Source: Nitrospinales bacterium
Lineage (GTDB): Bacteria; Nitrospinota; Nitrospinia; Nitrospinales; VA-1
DNA length: 64,000 bases
Assembly: GCA_965223795.1 (NCBI GenBank)
Contig: CBDCXL010000001.1
Coordinates: 224,001 to 288,000 of the forward strand
Direction of reading: 5' to 3'
The notes under the pieces were generated by a model that ran no database searches, was not told the DNA's origin, and worked only from the letters and a program-made list of their open reading frames with translations. The position numbers and the translations under genes are program-made. The first letter of the stretch is position 1; the number at the start of each line of letters is the position of its first letter. Of this stretch, positions 1 to 10,975 are shown piece by piece.

Positions 1-687
1 GACAACATCAATGTGCGCGAGTCCGTCCGCGAAGCGCTGACCAAGCGGCCGGATTATCTGTCGCGCAAAAAGCAGCTGGAAAATGACAACATCCGCCTCA
101 AGTACAGCCAGAACCAACTGTATCCAACCGTTGACCTGTTCGGCAGCCTCGGGCTCAACGGCATCAGCGGCGAAGCGGTGAACATCACCCAGGGCACGGT
201 CACGGGGCGCAGCCAGTTCGGCGGCGGCTACGACGAGACGCTGGCGAATCTGTTTTCCACCAAGTACTTTCTCTGGGAGTTCGGGCTCAAATTCAACTAT
301 CCCATCGGCAACCGCGCGGCCAAGAGCCGGGTCACCCAGTCGCGGCTGACGGTGGCGCAGACCCTGCTGGATCTCAAGGACCTGGAAAAGAAGATCGTGC
401 TCGAAGTGCGGGAAGCGGCCCGGCAGATCCGCACGGAGATCAAACGCGTGCACGCGACGCGGGCGGCGCGCCGGCTGGCGGAGGAACAGCTCAACGCGGA
501 GGAGAAGAAATTCGAGGTGGGGCTGTCCACCAGCTTCAACGTGCTCGAGTTCCAGGAGGATCTGGCCGAGGCGCAGAGCAATGAAATCCAGTCCCTCATC
601 GACTACAACAAATCCCATATCCGTTTGCGGCAGGCCGTGGCCACGACTCTGGAGGCGCACGGCATCAAAATGTCAAGTGATTCATGA
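1..687 (+). CDS. TolC-family outer membrane efflux protein (C-terminal part; 5' end lies outside the window)
   Basis: Frame is open from base 1. OEP-type motifs YPTVDL, AEEKKFEVGLSTSFNVLEFQEDLAEAQ. Overlaps the adaptor gene start (ATGA). Confidence 0.85.
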   Translation, partial: DNINVRESVREALTKRPDYLSRKKQLENDNIRLKYSQNQLYPTVDLFGSLGLNGISGEAVNITQGTVTGRSQFGGGYDETLANLFSTKYFLWEFGLKFNYPIGNRAAKSRVTQSRLTVAQTLLDLKDLEKKIVLEVREAARQIRTEIKRVHATRAARRLAEEQLNAEEKKFEVGLSTSFNVLEFQEDLAEAQSNEIQSLIDYNKSHIRLRQAVATTLEAHGIKMSSDS

Positions 688-2015
688 AGAAGACCCTCAT
701 CATAAGCGGGGTCGCGCTGCTGCTCGTTCTTGTCTTGTATCTGCTGACCGGTTCGAACGGCAAGGAAGACGAACCCAAGGCCGAATTCAAAACCACCGAG
801 GTTTTGCAGGGGGATCTGTTCGTCAAAATTTCGGCCACCGGCGTGGTGGAACCCAATTTCAAGGTGGAAGTGAAATCCAAGGCCAGCGGCGAAGTGTTGA
901 AGTTCCCTTTCGAGGAAGGAGATCAGGTGAAAAAGGGCCAGCTGCTGCTGGAACTCGACAAGACCGACGAGAAGCGCAAGGTCGCCAAGGCGAAGGCGGA
1001 GCTTTCCAGCGCCACGGCGAAGCTGAAAAAAGCCGAGACCGCCCTGCTCCTGCAGCGCACCAAATACGAAACGGATCTCAGAACAGCCCGCTCCGAAGTG
1101 GATGCGGCCGAGGCCAGCTTTCAGGAATCGCAGGACAAGCTGAAACGGCAGCGCGATCTGTTCGAGAAACGTTTCATCTCCCAGGAAGCGCTGGACACGG
1201 CGCAGACGAATTTCACCGTGAACCGGGAAAAGCTGATTCAGGCCCGGGCGCAGCTGCAGGCGGCCGAGGATGCGGTGCACGACATCACGCTCAAGGAAAA
1301 CGAGATCGAGCTGGCCCGCTCGGAAGTGCAGAGCGCCCGCATTTCGCTGGATGAGGCCAAGGAGAGGCTGAGCGAGACGACGATCTCCGCGCCCATCGAC
1401 GGCATCGTCATCGAAAAGCTGGTGGAAGAGGGGCAGATCATCGCGTCGGGCATATCCAATGTCAGCGGCGGCACGCCGCTGCTGTCGGTGGCGGACATGT
1501 CGCGGCTGTTCATCATCGCGGATGTGGATGAAACGGATATCGGCTCGGTTCGCGTGCACCAGAAAGTTACAATCACTGCCGATGCCTATCCGGGAGAGAC
1601 GTTCGAGGGAACGGTGACGCGGATCGCGCCGCAGGGCATCGTGGAAAACAGCATCACCATCTTCAAGGTGAAAATCGAAATCATCGGAACCGGAAAAAAC
1701 ATTCTCAAACCGATGATGTCGGCGAACATCGAAATCGTCACCGCCTCGGCCCCCAACGCTGTGCACGTTTCGCGCGGGGCCATACGCAAGGAAGGAGATG
1801 AACCCTTTGTGGTGCTGCTGAAGGCCGGTCAGCCCACGAAGGTGCCCGTCACACTGGGGATCGAAAACCCCATACATTCGCAGATCGTCTCCGGTATCGA
1901 ACCGGGCGACAAAGTCGTGCTGGGAGACTGGGAGAAACTCCTGGCGGAAGCTGAAAAATCAGGCAAAAAAGGATCTGCTTTGAGAAAAATACTCTGGATG
2001 ATACGGTCGAAATAG
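684..2015 (+). CDS. Efflux periplasmic adaptor subunit (MacA/HlyD family)
   Basis: N-terminal TM segment, lipoyl half motifs (VKSKASGEV..FEEGDQVKKGQLL; ISAPIDGIV), long coiled coil, ADVDETDIG, LKPMMSANIEI. Confidence 0.9.
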   Translation: MKKTLIISGVALLLVLVLYLLTGSNGKEDEPKAEFKTTEVLQGDLFVKISATGVVEPNFKVEVKSKASGEVLKFPFEEGDQVKKGQLLLELDKTDEKRKVAKAKAELSSATAKLKKAETALLLQRTKYETDLRTARSEVDAAEASFQESQDKLKRQRDLFEKRFISQEALDTAQTNFTVNREKLIQARAQLQAAEDAVHDITLKENEIELARSEVQSARISLDEAKERLSETTISAPIDGIVIEKLVEEGQIIASGISNVSGGTPLLSVADMSRLFIIADVDETDIGSVRVHQKVTITADAYPGETFEGTVTRIAPQGIVENSITIFKVKIEIIGTGKNILKPMMSANIEIVTASAPNAVHVSRGAIRKEGDEPFVVLLKAGQPTKVPVTLGIENPIHSQIVSGIEPGDKVVLGDWEKLLAEAEKSGKKGSALRKILWMIRSK

Positions 2016-2081
2016 AAGGCCAAGAAACGAAATTCCGCCAGCTCCTGTTGCGTGATTTTCGTTCTCCGCGGGAAATCGTTT

Positions 2082-3989
2082 ATGAGAATTTCTTTTCAAC
2101 TCTGTTTGCGGCTGTGCGTCTGGCTTGTGCTGGCCGTGGTGCCGTTGACGTTGTCGGCCTGCTCCACCCTTCCCTCTTCGTCCGCCGAGGAAACGGAAGA
2201 AGAGACCGGGTCCGAAGAGAGTGAAAAGAAAAAGGGGAACTACAAGGTCGAGGTGAAAGGGATCGAAAACGATGAGATCCTCAAGGTGGTGAAAGCCTCC
2301 TCCAACCTCGTGCAGATGGAATCGGAACCGCTTTCCAGCCCGGTCGGGTTGATCCAGCGGGCGCGCGCCGACCGGGAGCGGGTGCAGAACGTGCTGAAGT
2401 CGTTCGGCCATTTTTCCGGCAAGGTGGCGATCCGCATCGAGGACCAGTTGCTGGAAAACGTCCGCCCTTCCCTGCTGCGCGGCAAAAAAACGCCCAAGGT
2501 GGTCGTCGAGGTGGAACCGGGGCCGCAGTACACGTTCGGCAAGGTCGAGATCAAGGGACTCGAGCGCGAGGAGGTGAAAGACATTTCGCCCGACCTGACC
2601 ACCGGCGACCCGGCCAAGGGGCAGGCGGTGCTGGAAGCGGAACAGGAGATCATCGCGCGCGTGAAGCTCAAGGGATTTCCCTACGTGAAGCGGGTCGAGC
2701 GCAGGCTCATCATGCACAAAGAGCAAAAGACGCTCGATCTGTTCTGGAAATTCGACCCCGGCCCGCTGGCGTCGATGGGACTGCCGCAAATCGAAGGATT
2801 GGAGCGGACGTACGAAGATTTCGTGTTCAAGCGGGCGCCGTGGAAGCTGGGGGACCGCTACGATCCGCGCGTGCTGGAGGAGTACCGCAGCGACCTGGCC
2901 GGCATGGATCTGTTTTCTTCCATCAAGGTGACGCTGCCGGACGGAAAGAAACACCCGGAAAAGTATTTCGACGAGCCCATGGACATCCGGCTCAAGCTGA
3001 AAGAGAAACAGGCGCGTTTTTTCGGCTTCGGCGCGGATTACTCGACCACGGAGGGCATCGGCATCGAGGCCTACTGGGGGCATCGCAACCTGTTCGGGCG
3101 CGGCGAGAAGCTGAAGATCACAGGCCGCGTCGGGCGTCTTGTGGAAAACGAAATCGACAAGATCGACAAGAGCCTGAAGCTGAGTTTCCGCAAACCGGAT
3201 TTTCTGTCGCGCAAGCAGGATCTTTTGTTCGACTTCGAAGTGCTCAATGAAAATCCGGACGCGTTCGAGCGCGACGCGGTGACCAGCGCGCTGGGGATCG
3301 AGCGCTATCTGACCAGGACGCTTTCCTTCAGTGGCGGCTTGAGCGCGGAGTATTCGAAGATCACCGACAGCGACGGCGAGGACGAGTTTCTGATTTTCGG
3401 ATTTCCTATGGCGCTGCGGCACGACACGACGGACGACCTGCTGGACGCCACGCGCGGCTTTCGCAATGAGCTGAGGGTCACGCCCTACACCATCGCGGTC
3501 GGCGACGGAGGCGCGTTCGTCGTGACGCGCGTGATCAGCCGGGCCTATCACGCGCTGGTGGGCAAAGACAAGGTGGTGCTGGCCGGGCGGGTCGGCCTGG
3601 GATCGATCTTCGGCGCGGACACGCAGGAAATCCCGGCGAACAAGCGGTTCTTTGCCGGCGGCGGCGGGTCGGTGCGCGGCTACGAGTTTCAGAACGTCGG
3701 CCCGCTGGACGCCATCAACGACCCGGTGGGCGGCCGCAGCCTGATCGAAGTCGGCGCGGAGGTGCGTTTCCGCTACCGGGATTTCGGCATCGTTCCTTTC
3801 ATCGACGGCGGCAATGTGTACGATTCGGAACTGCCCAAGTTCGATGAAAACCTGCAGTGGGGTGTGGGTCTGGGAGTGCGTTACTACTCGAAGATCGGCC
3901 CCTTGCGCGTCGATCTGGCGTTCCCGCTCAACCGCAGGGAGAACGACGACCCGGTCGCCTTTTACATCAGCATCGGCCAGGCGTTTTAA
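2082..3989 (+). CDS. tamA: TamA/Omp85-family outer membrane protein, probably lipidated
   Basis: POTRA-like N-terminus, WGHRNLFGRGE, RFFAGGGGSVRGY, C-terminal YISIGQAF. Lipobox LSAC after ATG 2082. Followed by tamB. Confidence 0.9.
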   Translation: MRISFQLCLRLCVWLVLAVVPLTLSACSTLPSSSAEETEEETGSEESEKKKGNYKVEVKGIENDEILKVVKASSNLVQMESEPLSSPVGLIQRARADRERVQNVLKSFGHFSGKVAIRIEDQLLENVRPSLLRGKKTPKVVVEVEPGPQYTFGKVEIKGLEREEVKDISPDLTTGDPAKGQAVLEAEQEIIARVKLKGFPYVKRVERRLIMHKEQKTLDLFWKFDPGPLASMGLPQIEGLERTYEDFVFKRAPWKLGDRYDPRVLEEYRSDLAGMDLFSSIKVTLPDGKKHPEKYFDEPMDIRLKLKEKQARFFGFGADYSTTEGIGIEAYWGHRNLFGRGEKLKITGRVGRLVENEIDKIDKSLKLSFRKPDFLSRKQDLLFDFEVLNENPDAFERDAVTSALGIERYLTRTLSFSGGLSAEYSKITDSDGEDEFLIFGFPMALRHDTTDDLLDATRGFRNELRVTPYTIAVGDGGAFVVTRVISRAYHALVGKDKVVLAGRVGLGSIFGADTQEIPANKRFFAGGGGSVRGYEFQNVGPLDAINDPVGGRSLIEVGAEVRFRYRDFGIVPFIDGGNVYDSELPKFDENLQWGVGLGVRYYSKIGPLRVDLAFPLNRRENDDPVAFYISIGQAF

Positions 3990-4001
3990 TTTGGGTGAAG
4001 C

Positions 4002-7000
4002 ATGATTGCCATTGTGCGAATGATCGTGACGCTTGTGATCGCCGCCCTGCTCATCATCGTGGTGGGCGGCGCCGGTCTGTTTTTTTACCTCAAGACCGAC
4101 GCGGGACAGCAGCGCGTGGTGGAGCTGATCGAATCGTCCACCGCCGCGGCGGATATCCAGGTCCAGCTCGACTCGCTCAACGCATCGCTGCCCGCCTTCC
4201 TGGAAGTCAACGGCATCCGGCTTTCCGATGCCCAGGGCATCTGGCTCACCATCGACCGTTTCCGGTTCCGCTGGCATCCCGCTTCCCTGCTCAAAGGCAG
4301 ACTGAAAATTTCCGAACTGACGTTCGGCACCATCGACGTGGCGCGCACTCCGGTCACGCCGCCCAAACAGCCCGAGCCGGAACCGCCGTCCTCCGGAGGC
4401 GCGCCCGGCCTGCCGGTCACCATCGAGGTCGACCGGTTCGCCGCCGAGCGCATCCATCTCTCCGAAGCGGTGGCGGGGGAAGACGTCACGCTGACCTTTG
4501 CCAGCCGCGCCGCTTTCCTCGGCATGGGGGAACGGGCGATTCTGGAACTGGCGCTGGACCGCATCGACGCGAAGCAGGCTTCGCTCACCACCAGCGTGTC
4601 CTTCGTTCCCGACACGAAAATGCTGACGGTCGATCTTGTGGCGAAGGAGCCGCAAGGCGGTTTCGTCGTGCGCACGCTGGCCGTGCCCGGCCTGCCTGCG
4701 CTGAACGCCTCCATACAGGGCAAGGGATTGATCGAGGACTGGAAAGGCCGGTTCGGACTGAACGCCGGGCCGGATTTCCGCATCGAGGGCACGGCGGCGA
4801 TCCGCGAGCAGGCGAAGGAAAAGGAGGCCTACGCGCTCGACCTCAACCTCACCGCCAACGCCACCGCGCTTCTGGAACCGAAACTGCGGCCGCTTGCGGG
4901 AGAAGCGGTGCGCGTGACTTCGCGCATCCTGCTCAGCGATACGGGAGATATCCGCCTGGAACGGACCACGATCGACGCGCCTGCGGGGCAGTTTTCCCTG
5001 GCCGGTACGGTGAAGCCGAACAGCCAGGAAATGGATCTGGATTACCGCTTGCTCGCCGGGCCGCATGCGCTGTTTCAGGAACTGGCGCCGGACGTGGCGT
5101 GGAAGAAAGTGGAAGTCTCCGGCAACGCCGCGGGCACGTTTGCCCAACCGGACGTGGGTGTGGAACTTTCGGTGGCGTCGCTCGGCGCATCGGGCCTGAC
5201 GGTGCCCGAAATTTTCGTGCGTCTCAACGCGAAGCCCGACAAGCCGCTGGGCCAGCCGGGTGCGAAACTCGCCCTCACGGGCAACGGCCGTGTGGCGATC
5301 CCGAAAGGCGGCCCGCCCGCGCTCGAAAACCTGCCGCTCGATCCGTTGACCTGGAGACTGAACGCCGGTTGATCGCCGACAAGCAACGGGTGGACCTCAA
5401 TGCCTTCCACGCTTCGGTGAAAACGGTGGTCGTCGATGTGAACGGACGCCTCAACGAATGGGGGCAGCAGGCGGCGCTCAAGACGCAGATCGCCCTGCCC
5501 GACCTGGGCGCGTTCTCCAAGCTGGCGGGCATGCCGCTCAAGGGCAAGCTGGATCTTAACCTGGATACCGCGCTCCAGGATAAGGGACAGGCGGCCACGG
5601 TGAAGCTGGCGTCGAAGGTGCGCGGGCTGGTCACCGAAAATCCGCCGGTGGACGCCCTGACCGGACAACGCGTCGACATCGCCGGAACACTGGAGAGGAG
5701 AAAAAGCGGGCTGATGCAGGTGAAGACGCTCACGGTCCGCACCGCCTCTGTGGAAACGGAGCTGAACGCGAACCTGAAACCGGATCAGACCGTCGCCGCC
5801 GACTGGTCGGTGATCGTGGACGATCTTGCGCGGCTGGCCGAGGCGCTGAAGCAGCCGGTCACCGGCGGAATCGCCATGAAGGGCAGCGCCCGGGGAACGG
5901 TGGAATCTCCGTCCGTGAAGGTTCAGGTCGCCAGCCGGAACCTGGTGTTCGACGGGCGGCCGATCCAGACGGCGGTCGATCTGACCGCGAGCGATCTGGC
6001 AAAGAATCCCAAAGGAACGCTCAAGGTCGAAGCCGAAGCGGACAACATCCCGGCCACGGTTTCCACCCGCTTCGCGATGAAAAACAACGAGCACCTGCAC
6101 CTGGACGATCTTCGCCTCGCCTCGCTGGGGGCGAACATCGAGGGCGTGCTGAAGGTGGCGCTGAAGAAGGGAACGGCGAGCGGCACGCTGCGCGGCGGCG
6201 TGGACGACTTTGCCGGCATCAACCGGCTGGCGAAGCAGAACCTGTCGGGCGAACTCAACTTCAAGGCCGATCTCGTGGATAAAAACGGGCAGGACGTGAC
6301 ATTCGCGGTGCGGGGGAAAAATCTCAAGCTGGCGGGCGAGTCTCCGCTCGAAGTGGCGAAGGTCGATGTGGACGGCACGGTTCTCGATGCAACGGGCAGG
6401 CTCAAGCTGGACAGCCGCGTCGCGGTGGCCGGGGTGAAGAATCCGGCGGCCACGGTCAAGACGCTGAACCTCACGGCGAAAGGCGGGCTCGACAAGCTGG
6501 ATTTCACGCTGGCGACGGTGGCGGCGCAGACCGACGGCCCGGAGCTTTCACTCAATTCCGACGGGGTGGTGACGGTGGCGGACACCGGGCAGACGGTGCG
6601 GCTCAACAGCTTCGAAGGCGAGGCGGTGAAGATTCCCTTCAAGACCGTGCGTCCGGCGACGTTCACGATGTCGCAGGGAAATATGTCACTAAAAGATTTC
6701 GTGCTGGCGATCCGGGACGGCAAGATCGCTTCCGATTTCTCGATGGACGCGGCGAGCGCAAACGCCAAGGTGGTGATCGAAAAGATGCCGCTGGCGCTGG
6801 CGAACGTGGCCAGCCCGACGCTGGATCTTTCGGGCAGGCTGGACGGCATGGTCACGCTTTCGACGCGGCAGGAAAATCCCGGCGCCAAGGTGCGGCTGGC
6901 GATGCGGGACATCAAGGCGGGCGCGCTGAGTGATTTTCCCGCCGCGAAGGTCGACGTGCAGGCGGACTGGACGGGACAGGCGGCGACGCTGAAGCTTGCG

Positions 7001-8401
7001 GCGCTGCAGCCGCCGGCGGGCAACTTCGATGTGGATGCGAGCGTGCCGCTGACTCTCAAGCAGGGGCCGTTCGGCTTCGAACTGCCGCCCGGTGCGAATT
7101 TCAAGGCCAAAGCGCTGGGGAAAGTCGTGCTCGACCGGCTGAACGACCTGCTCTTCCCCAACGGCGACCAGGTCAAGGGAACGGTGAACCTCAATGCGGA
7201 CGTGTCCGGCACGCTCAAACAGCCGGACGTGAAGGCGAACGTGTCGATGGACGACGGCCAGTTCGAAAGCGTGCAGTTCGGCACGCTGATCCAGGCCATG
7301 AAGCTGAAAGTGCAAGGCGACATGAAAGGCGTGAACCTGGAAACGTTCTCCGGCAAAACGCCCAACGGCGGCAGCCTGAACGCGTCCGGCAAGGTGGATT
7401 TCTCCGATATGGAAAACATCCTCGCCGACCTGTCCGTGAAAACCGACAAGGCGCAGCTGGTGGCGATGGACACGCTGAACGCGGTGGTGAGCAGCGGACT
7501 CAATTTCAAGGGCCCGCTCAAAAAAGCACAGCTTGCCGGAGAGATCGTGCTCAACAAGGTCGAGGTGTTCCTGCCCAACACGCTGCCGCCCAGCGTGGTG
7601 GTGCTGGATGTGGAGGAAGCGAAGAAAAAAACCGGCAAAGCGTCCGGAGAGGCGGAACCGCCGGAGAAAGAAAAAGAACCGGAGATGGAGATCGGCCTCG
7701 ATATCAAGGTCAGGACGCCGAACCCACTGTTCGTGCGCGGCCGCGGGCTGGACACGCAGCTCGCCGGAGACCTGCACGTGACCGGCACGTCGCTGAATCC
7801 TTCGGTGGACGGCGTGTTCGAAATGCGCAAGGGATCGATGGACCTGCTCAGCCGCAAGGTGACGTTCAACAAGGGCGTGGTCTCGTTCGACGGGGTGCCG
7901 CGCCGCGATCCGCTGCTGGATTTTCAGGCCGACATTCCCTGGAAGGACGTGACCCTGCATGTGATCGTCAAGGGCCCGGCGGGCAACCCGAAGATCCAGC
8001 TCGCCTCCACGCCGGAACTGCCGCAGGATGAAATCCTGGCGCGGCTGCTGTTCGACAAGACCGCCGGCGCGATGACGCCGCTGGAAGCGGTGCAGCTCGC
8101 CAATTCGGCGGCGCAGCTGGCGGGGCTGGGCGGCCAGGGGCCGGGCATCATGGACGAGGTGCGCGGGTCGCTGGGGCTGGACACGTTGAAATTCGGCGGC
8201 GGCACCGGCGATTCCGGGCCCGGCGTGGAAGCCGGGAAATACGTCGCCGAGGGCGTGTACGTGGGCGTCAAGCAGGGGCTGAACACCGAGCAGAGCTCCG
8301 CGGTGGTGGAATACGAGATCACCCCCAACGTCAAAGTGGAAAGCGACATCGGCGCCAATTCCGAATCGCGTCTGGGCATCAACATGGAATGGGACTACTG
8401 A
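4002..8401 (+). pseudogene. tamB: TamB (DUF490) translocation/assembly module protein, split by a 1-nt frameshift at ~5369 (real lesion or sequencing error)
   Basis: ORF 4002-5372 has the TamB N-terminal anchor. A second frame continues to 8401 with a DUF490 C-terminus (FVRGRGLD, PELPQDEILARLLF, GKYVAEGVYVG, MEWDY). Adding one base at GCC GG/TTG ATC joins them into ~1466 aa. Confidence 0.85.
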
Positions 8402-8536
8402 CGCGGTGTGCGGTCCGCCGCATGAAAAAAATGTCCATACGATAGAAAAATTTTGTATGATTTGGTTCATGCCCTTTAATTCAACCGGATGGCAATTCGA
8501 CAACCCCTTTATAACTCTGCGAGGACACCGTCTCCC

Positions 8537-9205
8537 ATGAATACGAACAGACATCTGCGACTGGCTTTTCTGATTTCTCTGGTCCCCTGGCTGATGGGCG
8601 GCTGCCAGAGCATGTATTACAACACCATGGAAAAATTCGGCACGCACAAGCGGGACATCCTGGTGGACCGCATCGAGGCGGCGCGCGATTCGCAGACGGA
8701 CGCCAAGGAACAGTTCAAGGATGCGCTGGAAGAGTTCACGGTGGTGATGAACTTCAAGGGCGGCAAGCTGGAGGACAAATACAAAAAGATCAACGCCGCT
8801 TATGAGGACAGCGAGGAGAAAGCCGAGGACGTGCGCGATCGCATCGATAAAGTGGAGCACGTCGCGGGCGCGTTGTTCGATGAATGGGAAACCGAGCTGG
8901 AACAGTTCACCAACGCCAAGATGAAGCGCAACAGCCAGTCGAAACTCAACAGTACCAAGCGCCGCTACGGCAAGCTCATCAACGCCATGAAACGCGCCGA
9001 GAAGAAGATCCAGCCGGTGCTGTCCTCGTTCAAGAACCAGGTGCTGACGCTGAAGCACAACCTCAACGCGGCGGCCATCGCCTCGCTGCAGGAAGAGCTG
9101 GTGGCGGTGGAGACGGACGTGAATTCACTCATCAAGGAGATGGAGCAGTCCATCGCGGAGGCCGATGCGTTCATCAGCAGCATGGAAGCCGAAAACGTGG
9201 GGTGA
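8537..9205 (+). CDS. DUF2959-family lipoprotein
   Basis: Lipobox MGGC followed by QSMYYNTMEKFGTHKRDILVDRIEAARDSQ and LKHNLNAAAIASL, which I recognise as DUF2959-type. Confidence 0.8.
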   Translation: MNTNRHLRLAFLISLVPWLMGGCQSMYYNTMEKFGTHKRDILVDRIEAARDSQTDAKEQFKDALEEFTVVMNFKGGKLEDKYKKINAAYEDSEEKAEDVRDRIDKVEHVAGALFDEWETELEQFTNAKMKRNSQSKLNSTKRRYGKLINAMKRAEKKIQPVLSSFKNQVLTLKHNLNAAAIASLQEELVAVETDVNSLIKEMEQSIAEADAFISSMEAENVG

Positions 9206-9291
9206 GGGCCATCGCGGGGTGATTTGATGCGGCCGGGTTTAAAGTAAAGCTTTTTCCAGAGAGATAGAAAGAGCAACGGTAACGGGTGGGA

Positions 9292-9549
9292 TCAGCTGGT
9301 AATACCATTTACCGTGAAAATTCTTGAGAAGGGCTCGGCCGCGAGCCACAACGAGAGAGCCAAAGCCCCGTAGGACCAGAGAGACCCCAGAGCCCGTCCA
9401 GCCGACTCATACTGCATTTCCAGGTAAGGCATGATCATGTAGTCTGAGGCAATGAATGCAAAAAAGAAAGCGAACAGACTGACGAGCCCCGCAAGAACTG
9501 CCAGGACCATTTCCACAGTTGCGATGATTACGGGAGGTCTTGCTTTCAT
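9292..9549 (-). CDS. Small hypothetical membrane protein (2 TM)
   Basis: 85-aa hydrophobic ORF starting 6 nt after the ankyrin gene stop, same strand. Confidence 0.45.
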   Translation of the reverse strand: MKARPPVIIATVEMVLAVLAGLVSLFAFFFAFIASDYMIMPYLEMQYESAGRALGSLWSYGALALSLWLAAEPFSRIFTVNGITS

Positions 9550-9555
9550 GAGATC

Positions 9556-10593
9556 TCACGCGCTGGTTTTTGATGTGTCTTCATGTTGCAGGATTTTCAT
9601 CACCATCTCTTCATCAAACCGGAAATGCGCCAGCCTCAATGGCGTCAATCCTTTCGCACCCAGAGCCGGATTGGCGCCGTGCTTGAGCAACTCTCCCACC
9701 ATATTGGAATCCTGTTTCCAGACTGCAAAGTAAAGAGCCGTCAAGCCATGATTGTCCTTCATGTTCGGATTGGCCTTGTATCGTAATAGCAATCCAACCA
9801 TTTCCGGATGGTTTTTTTCGATCGCAATTTGAAGCGGCGTTTTGATTTTCTTGAACAGTTTGTTCGGGTCGGCACCGTGCTTGAGCAGCATTTCGGCGAC
9901 CTCCACATACCCCTCGAAGGCGGTGTAGTCCAGGTTTGAGGTTCCGCCGGGATGCGCGTAGTTGGGATCGGCACCCTGCCCCAACAGATAGGCGACCACG
10001 GGAATGTTGTTTGTCTGAACCGCGCAGTAGATGGCCTGGCAGCCCCGATTCGAAGCTGCGTGAATGTCCGCGCCATTCTCCACCAGTATGCGGACGATCT
10101 GATCGTCTTTGTGCCATTCCTGAAACGCAGCGTCGATCAGCGGGGTTTTCCCGATGTTGTTTCTCACATCCACTTCAACCCCATGCTTGAGCAGGGTTTT
10201 CACGATTTCCGGGTGATTGTAATACGCCGCGACATGCAGGGGATAATTCCCGTTGATACCGTGAATGTTGGGATCGGCGCCCCGATCCAGAAGCAGGTTC
10301 ACGACATCGAGGTGTCCTCTCTTCGACGCTTCGTAGATGGGAGTCCGGTAGCGGTTGTTCCTCGCTTCCAGCCGCGCTCCTTCGTTGATGAGACGGCGCG
10401 CCTCTTCCAGCTCTCCCCGTGCAGCGGCAAAATGCAGCGGCGTCCAGCCCCCTTCGGTGGGGATCTGGGCCATGCGTTCCTGAGGTGTTTTTGACCTCTC
10501 TATCGAAATCGATACATATGCGTAAAAATCACTGAAAAGAGAAGTCAGCAGAAGGCAGAAAAAAACCAGCGGATTCATCAGGATCGTGGTCAT
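9556..10593 (-). CDS. Ankyrin-repeat protein with N-terminal signal/TM segment
   Basis: About 8-9 ankyrin repeats (GWTPLHFAA, TPIYEAS, YPLHVAA, GKTPLIDAA, TPLQIAI, GLTALYFAV). Confidence 0.9.
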   Translation of the reverse strand: MTTILMNPLVFFCLLLTSLFSDFYAYVSISIERSKTPQERMAQIPTEGGWTPLHFAAARGELEEARRLINEGARLEARNNRYRTPIYEASKRGHLDVVNLLLDRGADPNIHGINGNYPLHVAAYYNHPEIVKTLLKHGVEVDVRNNIGKTPLIDAAFQEWHKDDQIVRILVENGADIHAASNRGCQAIYCAVQTNNIPVVAYLLGQGADPNYAHPGGTSNLDYTAFEGYVEVAEMLLKHGADPNKLFKKIKTPLQIAIEKNHPEMVGLLLRYKANPNMKDNHGLTALYFAVWKQDSNMVGELLKHGANPALGAKGLTPLRLAHFRFDEEMVMKILQHEDTSKTSA

Positions 10594-10632
10594 GGAGGCT
10601 CCGGTAGGTTCCCAATTGTCAATGGTATTTCA

Positions 10633-10647
10633 GCAAACCGCATGCCA
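10633..10647 (-). promoter_or_regulatory. Sigma-54 (-24/-12) promoter for the ankyrin gene
   Basis: Minus strand reads TGGCATG-CGGT-TTGC (GG-N10-GC), 40 nt upstream of the ATG at 10593. Confidence 0.6.
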
Positions 10648-10975
10648 AAGACCGGCCGTTGAAAAACCGCGGGTTGCTCGAATCCATCTGTTATTCCATT
10701 GTTTTGGGGTATGAGATATCAGACAGGCTGGCAGAAATCCGGACGGAATCCGGATTCTGCCGGTTTACCGGGATAATGCGGATGAACGTCTGCTGTGCGT
10801 GGGCATCAGGCGTTCTGTTTGAGCGGTGCGTGCGAGAGATGCTTGCGCCGCGTTCTGAAAAACGCGTGCGCATGCAGACCGTATTTGATCCTCATTATGT
10901 CCAGATAAAGGTAAAACGCTTTGCGCTTGTGCCGATTGAAAAGTCGGGTCATTTTCAGTCCCTTTCCCGCATTCG

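Noticed and set aside
1959..5147. Long antisense ORFs (also 5923-7872, 6689-9058, 18366-20855, 36693-39386, 47083-49395, 60800-62443)
   Set aside because: They are mirror frames of well-supported genes, as expected in high-GC DNA, and have no recognisable motifs.
3857..5369. N-terminal part of the 1514-aa ORF as real protein
   Set aside because: It is an Arg-rich off-frame shadow; the true TamB N-terminus is in the 4002 frame.
5370..5372. Selenocysteine or stop read-through in tamB
   Set aside because: The TamB sequence continues in a different frame, so read-through would not restore it.
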